Shown here: in pieces, positions 1 to 10,000 of the stretch
How positions within the stretch are numbered: position 1 is the stretch's first letter
How the letters are laid out: every line of letters begins with the position of its first letter
Source of the DNA: Candidatus Hermodarchaeota archaeon
Lineage (GTDB): Archaea; Asgardarchaeota; Heimdallarchaeia; Hodarchaeales; Hodarchaeaceae
NCBI GenBank assembly: GCA_048886185.1
Contig: JBHLKY010000022.1
Coordinates: 20,774-52,773, forward strand
Reading direction: 5' to 3'
DNA: 32,000 nt
The notes under the pieces: generated by a model
Told to the model about the DNA's origin: nothing
Seen by the model: only the letters and a program-made list of their open reading frames with translations
Database searches by the model: none
Position numbers and translations under genes: made by a program

Positions 1-48
1 AATGTAATAACTCATATTTAACGCGTTAAAAATGGATTCTAATCAAGG

Positions 49-771
49 GTGACTTTATCAATGGAAAAAGCAGAAGAAATAGCCAAAATGATTGATCATT
101 CATTACTTCATCCAACGTTAACCGATGAAGAATTAATTCAAGGATGTAACCTTGCCAAAAGATTAAATGTTGCTTCAGTCTGTATTAAACCTTATGCTGT
201 TAAATTAGCAGTTGAGACACTTAATGGATCTGATCTTGCCGTTGGTACTGTAATTGGATTCCCCCATGGTAGTAATAAGCTTGAAGTGAAAGTATTTGAA
301 GCCAAACAAGCATGTCAAGATGGAGCTGTTGAATTAGATATGGTAGTTAATATTGGTAAAGTATTAACTGAAGATTGGTTATATATCGAAAAAGAGATCC
401 AAGAAGTACTTAATGTTACACAAAGATACAAAACGATTTTAAAAATAATATTTGAGAATGATTTCTTATCTGATAACCATAAGATTCAATTATGTAAAAT
501 TTGTAGTAGATTGAAGGTCGATTTCGTTAAAACGTCAACAGGATACGGTTTTATTAAAGGAAAGGATGATAAATACTCATACCAAGGAGCAACTGATCAT
601 GATCTTGAATTAATGAGATCTAATTCATCACCCAGTGTTCAAATAAAAGCTGCAGGTAGAATCCGAACTCTTGATGATGTTTTGAGAGTAAAGAAGTTAG
701 GTGTGACTAGAATTGGCGCAACTGCAACTGAAAGTATTATAACAGAGGCAAAAAAGAAATTCTTGACCTAA
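49..771 (+). CDS. deoC: Deoxyribose-phosphate aldolase (class I aldolase)
   Basis: IDHSLLHP, SVCIKP, TVIGFPHG, ELDMVVNIG, LKIIFE, catalytic DFVKTSTG, IKAAG.IR and RIGAT motifs; GTG start. Confidence 0.93.
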   Translation: MTLSMEKAEEIAKMIDHSLLHPTLTDEELIQGCNLAKRLNVASVCIKPYAVKLAVETLNGSDLAVGTVIGFPHGSNKLEVKVFEAKQACQDGAVELDMVVNIGKVLTEDWLYIEKEIQEVLNVTQRYKTILKIIFENDFLSDNHKIQLCKICSRLKVDFVKTSTGYGFIKGKDDKYSYQGATDHDLELMRSNSSPSVQIKAAGRIRTLDDVLRVKKLGVTRIGATATESIITEAKKKFLT

Positions 772-801
772 ACTAGATTAAAGTTCCCGATTAAATAGTG
801 A

Positions 802-1971
802 ATGATAATGTCTGCATCACAGATACTGAAAGTTTCTCTGATTATATTTGTATACTTTATATCATTTTTAATCTCTATTTCAGTCACAATGAACACTAAT
901 AAGACAAATGTAAGTAATTCAAAACAAGGAGGCTTTTCACGTGGAATAAATCTTGGGAATGCATTAGAAGCACCAAGAGAAGGCGATTGGGGAGTTTACC
1001 TTAAAGAAAAATACTTTCAGCTAATTAAAGATGCTGGTTTTGATTTTATTCGTGTTCCTATTAGATGGTCTGCTCATGCTAGTTCAAACGATCCTTATTC
1101 AATTTCAACCGAGTTTTTTAAGCGGATTGATTGGGTTATTGATCAATCACTATCTCGAAACCTTACTGTTATAATCAACATCCATCATTATGAAGATTTA
1201 ATGAATGATCCTCATGTGCATAAATCTAGGTTTCTTTCAATTTGGCGTCAGATTTCGACCCGTTATCAGGATTATTCTGAAAATCTTTATTTTGAGTTAC
1301 TTAATGAACCAACTTATAATCTTAACAGTTCTCTTTGGAATCAGTACCTTCAAGAAGCCATTGAAATAATCAGAAATACAAATCCAAATAGAACTCTCAT
1401 TGTTGGCCCAACAAACTGGAATAACTTATTTGATCTAGAATATCTTATACTCCCAGAGGATGATTCGAATATAATTGCTACATTTCATTATTACTCACCC
1501 TTTCTCTTTACTCATCAAGGGGCCGAATGGGTTCAGGGGAGCAATCAATGGCTTGGAACAAAATGGACTGGAACAGAATCTGAAAAAGAAGCTATAAGAT
1601 GGGATCTTAACACAGCTCTCCAATGGGCACAGGATCAAAATAAAACTTTGTTACTTGGTGAATTTGGGGCATATAATAAAGCAGAAATGGAATCTCGTGT
1701 ACGATGGACAAACTTTGTTGCAAGAGAAGCAGAAAAAAGACAAATAACATGGGCATACTGGGAATTCTGTGCAGGTTTCGGGATATACGATCAGGAAGAA
1801 AAAAAATGGAGACTGGAATTACTAGAGGCACTTGTACCAACTAGTCCAATTTTAACTCGTGTAACAACTTCCACTAACCATACCACAAGGTATATGGAGA
1901 ACTTTTTTTCAATTGTCACATTTGCTACTATTGCATTATTCTTCTATCGTTATCGACGTAGAAAAACATGA
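802..1971 (+). CDS. GH5 endoglucanase (Thermotoga Cel5A-like) with N-terminal hydrophobic segment and C-terminal membrane anchor
   Basis: GINLGNALEAP, RVPIRW, IHHY, acid/base FELLNEP, FHYY.PF.FTHQGAEW, nucleophile LLGEFG, WAYWEF; Thr-rich linker, then FFSIVTFATIALFFY followed by RYRRRKT. Confidence 0.88.
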   Translation: MIMSASQILKVSLIIFVYFISFLISISVTMNTNKTNVSNSKQGGFSRGINLGNALEAPREGDWGVYLKEKYFQLIKDAGFDFIRVPIRWSAHASSNDPYSISTEFFKRIDWVIDQSLSRNLTVIINIHHYEDLMNDPHVHKSRFLSIWRQISTRYQDYSENLYFELLNEPTYNLNSSLWNQYLQEAIEIIRNTNPNRTLIVGPTNWNNLFDLEYLILPEDDSNIIATFHYYSPFLFTHQGAEWVQGSNQWLGTKWTGTESEKEAIRWDLNTALQWAQDQNKTLLLGEFGAYNKAEMESRVRWTNFVAREAEKRQITWAYWEFCAGFGIYDQEEKKWRLELLEALVPTSPILTRVTTSTNHTTRYMENFFSIVTFATIALFFYRYRRRKT

Positions 1972-2018
1972 CAGTTTTGAATATGTAATTAGAGAGATTT
2001 TACTAGAATTTCCAAAAC

Positions 2019-3926
2019 ATGGAGGCAAATATTATACTTGAAAAAAAAGATTTACTCTTTCCGAACCCTAAGCATCTAAAATTAGAGAAAGGATCTTTAT
2101 CTCTATCAAAGGAATTATGGATCGTTCTCAACAGTCCATCGACAAAGATTCTTTCTCATGCCTGGTATTTGAAGAAAAAATTAACAGAGTTTGGTTATAA
2201 TTCAAGAATTACTGCATCCAAATCGAATATGCCGAAATCTGATGTGGTTCCCATCACACTTTCAATTAATCAACCAGTGCTTGAAAAACCAGAAAGCTAT
2301 ACAATAATTATAAATCAAGAAGGGATCATTTTAACTGGGTACGATAGACCAGGCCTATTTTATGCGATTGTAACTTTTTTCCAAGTTATAGAGCTTTCAA
2401 ATCAACAGGAATTATCTTGCTTAGAAATTAAAGATTGGCCTGACTTTCCATCTAGAGGAGTAATGTTAGATGTAAGTAGGGATAAGGTTCCCACCATGGA
2501 GACCCTATTTGAATTAACAGAATTACTAGCAAATCTTAAGATCAATCAATTACAACTATACTTAGAACATACTTTTGCTTATTCTGGGCATAATGTAGTC
2601 TGGAAAGATGCAAGTCCTTTCACTGGAGAGGAAATATTAGCCTTAGATGAGTTTTGTAAGGAACGATATGTTGAATTAGTACCCAATCAAAATAGTTTTG
2701 GCCATTTTCATCGCTGGTTGATTCATGATCCTTATAGAGATCTTGCAGAATGTCCTGAAGGGACAGATCACCCGTTTAGTAAAGAAAAAGAACCATTTTC
2801 TTTAAACCCTATTGATTCACATGTAATTGAGTTACTGGAGGATCTATATGATCAGTTATTACCTCATTTTTCCAGTAACCACTTGAATGTTGGCCTTGAT
2901 GAAACCTTTGATTTGGGAGAAGGCCAGTCGGCTGAAGTGTGCAAAGAAAAAGGAAAAGGAACTGTTTACTTAGAGTTTCTCCTTAAGATCTATGAATTAG
3001 TGAAAAAACGAGGAAAAACAATGCAATTTTGGGCTGATATAATTTTTGAACACCCAGAATTAATACCACAAATACCCAAGGATATCATTCCTTTAATATG
3101 GGGTTATGAAGCATCACATCCTTTTGATTTATTATCTGAGAAAATAAGTAATTTAGGTTTATCATATTATGTCTGTCCTGGAACTAGTAGCTGGAATAGC
3201 ATCGCTGGGCGGACAGATAATGCAATAGCTAATTTGTATAACGCAGGGATCAATGGAGTGAAGAATAACGCGGGAGGTTACCTTATTACCGATTGGGGTG
3301 ATCATGGTCATCTCCAACCATTACCTTTCAGCTATTTAGGATATCTTGTTGGGTCAGGAGTCGCGTGGAATGTCAAAAGCGCCGAAATGTTGGACAAAAA
3401 GTCATTTATTTCTCATTTACTTGATTTTCATATATTTCATGATAAAGGAGGAGTAATGGGAAAAGTTACTTGGGAATTAGGAAACGCTTATACAAAAGTT
3501 GAATTCAATCCTCCCAATAATTCATCATTATTCTTGATTCTTATGTCTTCAATGAATAAGTATTCTGAGATGGTACTAGAAAATATTTCAATTGAAAAAC
3601 TACAAGAAGCATATACATTTATCGATGAGTCAATCAAGTTAATAGTCAATGCTGATATGAAAAGAAAAGATGCCCAATTGGTGGAACAAGAATTTCTTTG
3701 GGCTGCGAATATTTTGAAATTTGCTTGTGATCTTGGTATAGCTAGATTAAGAATCGGTATCAATGAACCTCTAAGTAAAATTCCTAATAAGAAGAAAAAT
3801 GCGTTACAAACAACATTGGGAAAATTGATTGAGGAGCATCGAAACATTTGGTTACAAAGAAATCGTTCTGGAGGATTATCTGACTCAGCTAATCGACTTG
3901 AAGTGCTTTGGCACGAACTTAATTAG
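2019..3926 (+). CDS. GH20 family beta-N-acetylhexosaminidase-like glycoside hydrolase
   Basis: N-terminal GH20b-like domain (ESYTI...GLFYAIVTF), DWPDFPSRGVMLDVSR, catalytic pair in NVGLDET, ITDWGD.GH. Confidence 0.85.
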   Translation: MEANIILEKKDLLFPNPKHLKLEKGSLSLSKELWIVLNSPSTKILSHAWYLKKKLTEFGYNSRITASKSNMPKSDVVPITLSINQPVLEKPESYTIIINQEGIILTGYDRPGLFYAIVTFFQVIELSNQQELSCLEIKDWPDFPSRGVMLDVSRDKVPTMETLFELTELLANLKINQLQLYLEHTFAYSGHNVVWKDASPFTGEEILALDEFCKERYVELVPNQNSFGHFHRWLIHDPYRDLAECPEGTDHPFSKEKEPFSLNPIDSHVIELLEDLYDQLLPHFSSNHLNVGLDETFDLGEGQSAEVCKEKGKGTVYLEFLLKIYELVKKRGKTMQFWADIIFEHPELIPQIPKDIIPLIWGYEASHPFDLLSEKISNLGLSYYVCPGTSSWNSIAGRTDNAIANLYNAGINGVKNNAGGYLITDWGDHGHLQPLPFSYLGYLVGSGVAWNVKSAEMLDKKSFISHLLDFHIFHDKGGVMGKVTWELGNAYTKVEFNPPNNSSLFLILMSSMNKYSEMVLENISIEKLQEAYTFIDESIKLIVNADMKRKDAQLVEQEFLWAANILKFACDLGIARLRIGINEPLSKIPNKKKNALQTTLGKLIEEHRNIWLQRNRSGGLSDSANRLEVLWHELN

Positions 3927-3947
3927 GATCGAGGGGTTAAAATACAA

Positions 3948-4781
3948 TTAATAATATCCTAGTGCTCCTTTTTGTCGTGTACGATATTCAAAGTAATTGA
4001 AGACTAGAATTCCTAGAATCAACCACACTACGTTTAAAAACATTATATATATGAGAATTTCAAACCAATATGCACTAAATCCTTGGAGTACTCCCTCACG
4101 GAATCCCTCAACACCCCAAGTTATTGGTGAGATGAAAGATAATGGTTTTAGAAGAGCAGGTAATACTGCTAATGGAAAAAAAGCCGGAGCTAATAAATTC
4201 ATGAATCCATCCATGAAAAGGACAAACTTCCAAGCTTGTTTCATTGCAAGAACCAATCCAGATATGATTAGGGAAAATCCTAACAATGAAATCGTAGCAA
4301 AAAACAAAATGAAAATCATGGGTAGAATATTGAGAACATTTATTTGTAATCCATATAGAAAATATACACCACCAATCTGCAAAAAAAATGCCAATACTGA
4401 CATGGACAGACCAAAAAGTGTATTACCAAAAATTATTGAAAATCGGGAGGCAGGGGTCATATAAATGCTAACTAATGTTCCAGTCCATTCTTCCCGTCGA
4501 ATACCCATTGCTCCCATCCAATAAATGCGTGTTAGAATAGCCATTGAAGCTGAACCGAAAGTTAAGAATAAGATAACATCACTTGTTGTTGCATACTTGG
4601 CTAGTATCTCACTTTCACGACCACCTACTAAGGCTTGTCCATAGATGATAACAGGAAGCAAGAAAATCAATGGTTCAGATACAAAGTAGAGAAAAGTTAA
4701 TGGATATGCTAATCTGATTCTCCAATATTTAATCATAAGTTGCCAAGAGCAATTAAGCTCAAACCAAATGCGAGATATCAT
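3948..4781 (-). CDS. ABC-2 type exporter permease subunit
   Basis: About 6 hydrophobic helices, REEWTGTLVSIYMTP motif, P.TW/FP..LP motifs; co-oriented with a second permease and an ATPase. Confidence 0.85.
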   Translation of the reverse strand: MISRIWFELNCSWQLMIKYWRIRLAYPLTFLYFVSEPLIFLLPVIIYGQALVGGRESEILAKYATTSDVILFLTFGSASMAILTRIYWMGAMGIRREEWTGTLVSIYMTPASRFSIIFGNTLFGLSMSVLAFFLQIGGVYFLYGLQINVLNILPMIFILFFATISLLGFSLIISGLVLAMKQAWKFVLFMDGFMNLLAPAFFPLAVLPALLKPLSFISPITWGVEGFREGVLQGFSAYWFEILIYIMFLNVVWLILGILVFNYFEYRTRQKGALGYY

Positions 4782-4783
4782 TG

Positions 4784-5611
4784 CTAATAGGCTCCTAATG
4801 ATCCTTTTTCACGTGAGAATTCCTCCATCTTTGTAAAGAGAAGGACTCCAATCATCCACAACACAATATCTAGAATTACTAGGCTAATTATAAAGATCAT
4901 TGGTTCTAATGCGGGGTACATTATTGTTTCTGGCATTGTTAATTTCCTAATAACAGAAAGACCTAATGTAAAGGGAATTGTAAGAGAAATTACTCGAATC
5001 CAGCCTGGCAGAGCTTGCAAACTGTACCGAACTGGTGTGATGAGATGCATCCCAGTTTCAATCATTTCAGTTAGTGTTCCTGGTTCTTTGAAGACTATAA
5101 TTATACCTGCCATCAAAACACCAAATCCATACAAACCTACTATTGTGAGGATTAAGACACCAACAGATAAAATTAGTCCTTGCCAAAGTAGATGTATTTG
5201 TAGAAAGACACTTATAATGGTAAATTGAATCAAAATATTGATTGATGCCCATATTGTTTCCGAAATACTTGTACCAATTAGTATATCCACACGACTCGTG
5301 GGCGTTGTCCATAGTACTTCCAGTGTTCCAGATTCTTGTTCCCAACGAATGGCATTTCCTGCTCCCCATAAAGCTGTAGACACAAACATGAAGAGAATTG
5401 TCCCTACAACAATAAAGCTCAGAAAATCTTCACTTCCAGTAAGTTCTGCGAAGTTTTCACTAGTAGTTCCCCCAACAAATGCTATTCCTTGAAGTATGAG
5501 TGGTGTTACCCACATTACTGGCATAACTGCCCAAAACAGCAAGTCGAACTTGTATCGAGACATATGAATTATATTTTTATAGATAATGGCTTGAATTGTC
5601 GCAAGTTTCAT
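4784..5611 (-). CDS. ABC-2 type exporter permease subunit
   Basis: WEQESGTLEVLWTTP motif, about 6 TM segments. Start moved to ATG 5611 (MKLATIQ), which follows a GGAGG RBS and avoids overlap with the ATPase gene. Confidence 0.85.
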   Translation of the reverse strand: MKLATIQAIIYKNIIHMSRYKFDLLFWAVMPVMWVTPLILQGIAFVGGTTSENFAELTGSEDFLSFIVVGTILFMFVSTALWGAGNAIRWEQESGTLEVLWTTPTSRVDILIGTSISETIWASINILIQFTIISVFLQIHLLWQGLILSVGVLILTIVGLYGFGVLMAGIIIVFKEPGTLTEMIETGMHLITPVRYSLQALPGWIRVISLTIPFTLGLSVIRKLTMPETIMYPALEPMIFIISLVILDIVLWMIGVLLFTKMEEFSREKGSLGAY

Positions 5612-5612
5612 T

Positions 5613-6617
5613 TCAAGTGTCCTCCTTGATATTTGATAATCCCCGTCCAGTGAGTTTAATGAAAGCATCTTCTAATGTAGGAGTTTCAACATCAATACTT
5701 TGTATCGAGACATTCTCTTCTTTCAATTTTTCTAAAACTGAGAGCATAATTTGTGAGCTGTCTTGTGTATGAATGTGAGTAAGATTGTTTTGTGTATAAA
5801 CTTCAAGGATCCCAGGAATATCATGAAAGATTCTATTTGGAAATGAATCAGTTGTTTTAATTTTAATAACTTCGTGTTCTTTGATCTGTAATTTAAGTTG
5901 TTCAGGAGTGGCGGTATCTATGATTACTCCGTTATCAATTAGAGCTACTCGATCAGATAACTGATCAGCTTCAGCCATATAATGAGTGGTTAACAGAATA
6001 GTTTTTCCCTCTTCCTTCTGTAGAATATTTTTTATGAATTGTCTCAAATCACGAGCAAAGGAAGGATCAAGGCCTAATGTTGGTTCATCGAAGAGTAATA
6101 CTGGTGCATTTGATATTAAAGCTCTAGCAAAATTAATTTTCATTTTCATTCCAGTACTATATTTTTCAACGCGTTCATGAGCTTTATTTAGAAGTTGCAT
6201 TTGTTTAAGTAAATGCCTTGCACGATCATGGGCTTCAGTTTTACTAAGGCCATACATACGTCCAAAAAATATCAGGTTTTCCAATCCAGTCATTTTCCAA
6301 TAGGTACTCCGTTCACCACCACCAATAGTAGCCCCGAAACTAGCACGTGCTTTAGAACTTTCTTTTACAACATCGAAACCATTGATTTTTGCTATACCAT
6401 GATCCGGAATAACAATTGTAGTTAGTATTTTCACTAAAGTAGTCTTACCAGCTCCATTAGGACCAAGTAAACCAAAAATTTCTCCTTTACTGACACAGAG
6501 ATCTACTTTATCGAGAGCTTGGACTATCTCTTTTTTCCGATTACGCTTAAAACGCGAGCCTCTTGTTTTCTCAAATCTTTTGCTTATTTTAGACACATAA
6601 ATTGGAAAATTCTGCAT
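5613..6617 (-). CDS. ABC exporter ATP-binding subunit (DrrA/CcmA-like, with C-terminal extension)
   Basis: Walker A GPNGAGKT, signature YSTGM, Walker B LLFDEP, H-loop TTHYM, C-terminal PTLEDAFIKLTG. Confidence 0.92.
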   Translation of the reverse strand: MQNFPIYVSKISKRFEKTRGSRFKRNRKKEIVQALDKVDLCVSKGEIFGLLGPNGAGKTTLVKILTTIVIPDHGIAKINGFDVVKESSKARASFGATIGGGERSTYWKMTGLENLIFFGRMYGLSKTEAHDRARHLLKQMQLLNKAHERVEKYSTGMKMKINFARALISNAPVLLFDEPTLGLDPSFARDLRQFIKNILQKEEGKTILLTTHYMAEADQLSDRVALIDNGVIIDTATPEQLKLQIKEHEVIKIKTTDSFPNRIFHDIPGILEVYTQNNLTHIHTQDSSQIMLSVLEKLKEENVSIQSIDVETPTLEDAFIKLTGRGLSNIKEDT

Positions 6618-7074
6618 CTAAGAACATCCTTCACAGCATAAATTGTTTTTTTCAGTGTAATCGTGTGTTAGAAAGTCTTAAATTAGACTGGTGATCGAAT
6701 GAAAGAATTTTGACGAACTTCAACGTTATTAAGAATGTTTAAATATCTGAAAATATTATAATTAATCTTTTTACCAACGTAAAGCAAAGATAACTAGGAA
6801 ATGGCGGTGAAGATTTTTTATCAACACGGTCAAATTTCAATCCTTATTTTAACTTATTATCTTCTATATAATTTCGTCTTTAAAGAATATTCCTGAAAAA
6901 ATGACTAAAAATTATAGAAAACTGAATTATAGTAATTTAGATATTCTTATTAGACCTGTTGATTGCTTATTTTTTTATTTGTTCTAAAAATCAATGTAGT
7001 AAAAGTTTTTCATTACGTATTGAGTAGATAATAAATGAATTATACAGTGAAATCTACTAATTCATGTGTTTAAA

Positions 7075-10000
7075 ATGAGTTATTTCAACATAGCTTTCCG
7101 TAATGTAAAGCGAAATAGATGGAGAAGCTTCTTATTAATATTAGGTATCACCATGTCTGTTGCATTGGAAACGGGAATAGCTATTACAGTTGATTCATTA
7201 TATGAAAATTTCATTACGGAGCAGAGATGGAATAATTATACTGATCTTAGTATTCATTCTACGATTAATGGGACGACTCCTGAAGAAATGAAAGATGTAG
7301 CAAATACAGTTCAGTCGATATCAGGAGTTCGTAGGGCTAGTACAATCATAACTCATATTTATTCTAATGAAACACTTGAATCTATAGAATACAACTTCAG
7401 TATTGACTATAACGTCATTATATATGGTTGTCAAACAAATCATCCTGATTTTCAGAATATCAATGTAATTAATGGAAATCGAAGTTTAAATACCAACGAG
7501 GTAATGATTTCGAATAGCCTCGCTAAAATGTTTGGAACTGTTCCTGGCCAGAACATTAATCTATCACGATTCATTCCTGATATGTCTGGATCAGTGAATA
7601 TTAAGGGAATTATAAAAGACGAAAATAATTTTGGAAACTTATTTGGATATCTTCTTATCCTTGTTAATTTAGATTTTTTATATGAAAAATTGTTAGAAGC
7701 CAAATGGGATTTTGAAATTGAATGTGTGGTTGAGATTGCTAATTTAATGGAAATTGATGAAGTCACTACAAGAGTAATGAATGAGCTTGGAGAAAATTTT
7801 CTGGTTATGCGGGGAAAGATCATTTCAGAATTAGCGAAAATGGGAATCACCTCCTATCAATCAGCAATGAACATTATATTATTAGCTTCTTTTGTTGTAG
7901 CTGTCCTATTTTTAACAAATATATTAGCAATAAATGTTAATGAGCGAAAAAAGGAATTTGGTATTTTAAGATCGATTGGTACATCTAATACACAAATCAT
8001 TATAACACTTGGCATTGAGATCTTAATTTATTGTATTTTAGGGAGTCTTTTAGGAAGTATCCTTGGGTTATTTTTCTCAGTGTTTTACTTAACGATATTT
8101 AATCAAACTGAAGAAATAATAACTATAACTGAACTTGTGATAAGCCCTATCTCCTTAGGTTCCGCTTTTTTTTCAGGTATTTTTATATCTCTTGTCGCTG
8201 GGAGCTACCCCGTTTTACTAGCTATATTCTATCCACCTGTTCAAAACATCTATTATCAACAACGAACTATGGAACGTAAATGGAGAATAACATGGAAATA
8301 TTCATTTTTAGCTGGCTCTATCTTAAGTCTAATTGGGATTCTTGGTACATACTTAATTGGACCGTCACAATTCTTATCTTTTGAAATAATTTCTTTCCAC
8401 TTTATTGCTGTTGTTTTAACACTGATTGGGACACTCTTAATACTAACTGGATTACTAAGTTTTTTACCAAAGGTTAGCAGGTATTTATTCTGGCACTCGG
8501 CTGTTTCCAAAATAATTTCATCACGAAATGTTAAACGTGAGGCGTCTAAGTCATCAATCACCATTCTTACCAGTGCTGTTGCATTGTCTTTCATCTTGAT
8601 AATTGGAGTTGTATCAAGTGCATTAGTTGAAGCTGTTCCAGATTTTTATAATAACCAATTTGGGGGAATTGATATTATTGCAGAATGTTATGATGGACAA
8701 GAGCTCCCAATTTCATTGGTAGATAAATTAAAGAAAAATGGAGACATACATCAAGTCAGTTTTATACAAGAGCACTCAACCAGTGTAGCTATGAGTCAAG
8801 ACAGGATTAATATTTTTGGAATTAGTCCAAAAGAATTTGAAATATTTATCGATCCAATTCTAGCTCAAACCAAACAAAATCTAATAACAATGTTAAATAC
8901 TACTGAACATGGAGTTATTATTAGCGATCTTCTATTAAAAAAACTAAATGTAGATCTAGAAGAAGAAGTTCAAATCATTATAAGAGAAAATATCACAGTA
9001 ACCCTTGTTATTAATGGAATTGTAAGAGGAAATCCATTTATTCACAATGGTATGTATTTATATTTATCTAATACTCTATTTAATCAGCTTTTCCCTTCTG
9101 AAAGTGAACCTGTGGCAAAATGGTTCGTTATTGCTACAGAAGACGAAGTTAATGAAAAGAACTTAACAAGAAGCCTTATGAGATCATATGAATTCAATCG
9201 TGTATCTTCGATAGATTATTTTTCAGGAGTGATCGAGAAAACAATTCAAAGACAAGCTGCGTTGTTCCAAATATTATTCTTAGAATCATTCTTCCTAGTT
9301 GGATTAGCTCAATTTGTGTGTATCTTAATTTCAACATTGAGGATGGAAAGAGAATTAGGAATCATGCGCGCAATGGGACTGTCAAAAAACGGAGTTATTT
9401 CAATCTTTTTGGCAGAAAGTACATTATTAGGAGTTACTGCCGTAATTATTGGTATTGTAGAAGGTGTTATTGGATCATATCTCATGCAATGGTACATTTC
9501 TACAAGTATTCCGATCAACGTGAGTTTTGATCTAAGATTGATCTTACTCTGGGTAGGAGTTACATTTTTAATAACTATTATTAGCACTTTGATTCCAAGC
9601 TATCGCTCTTCAAATAAAAGTGTTGTCGCAGCGATCAGCGGAAGAGCTATCCCTGAAATAAAAGTTCCAGATATTGAAGTATTTGAAGAGATTGTGTTAA
9701 ATGTTGAAAATCTGAGAGGCTACTATCGGGGATCATTTGGAATAGTGCATGGAGTTGATGATGTCTCCTTTACCATGAAAAAAGGTGAAATTGTAGGTCT
9801 TGCTGGAGAATCTGGTTGTGGAAAGTCCACATTAGCAGAACTCATTACAGGAACACCCAGGCCTCTCCTACACTATGAGGAGGGGATAGTACGCGTTGAT
9901 AAATACAATATATACAATATCAGAAATGAGGAGCTACGAACCAAGGTCAAATGCAAATTGATGGCATATGTACCTCAAGCTTCAATGGATTCCTTGAATC

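Noticed and set aside
5612-5668. Longer start for the first ABC-2 permease
   Set aside because: Would overlap the ATPase gene by 56 nt; ATG 5611 has a GGAGG RBS
6901-6987. 28-codon ORF in the divergent gap
   Set aside because: No RBS or recognisable motif; expected by chance in AT-rich DNA
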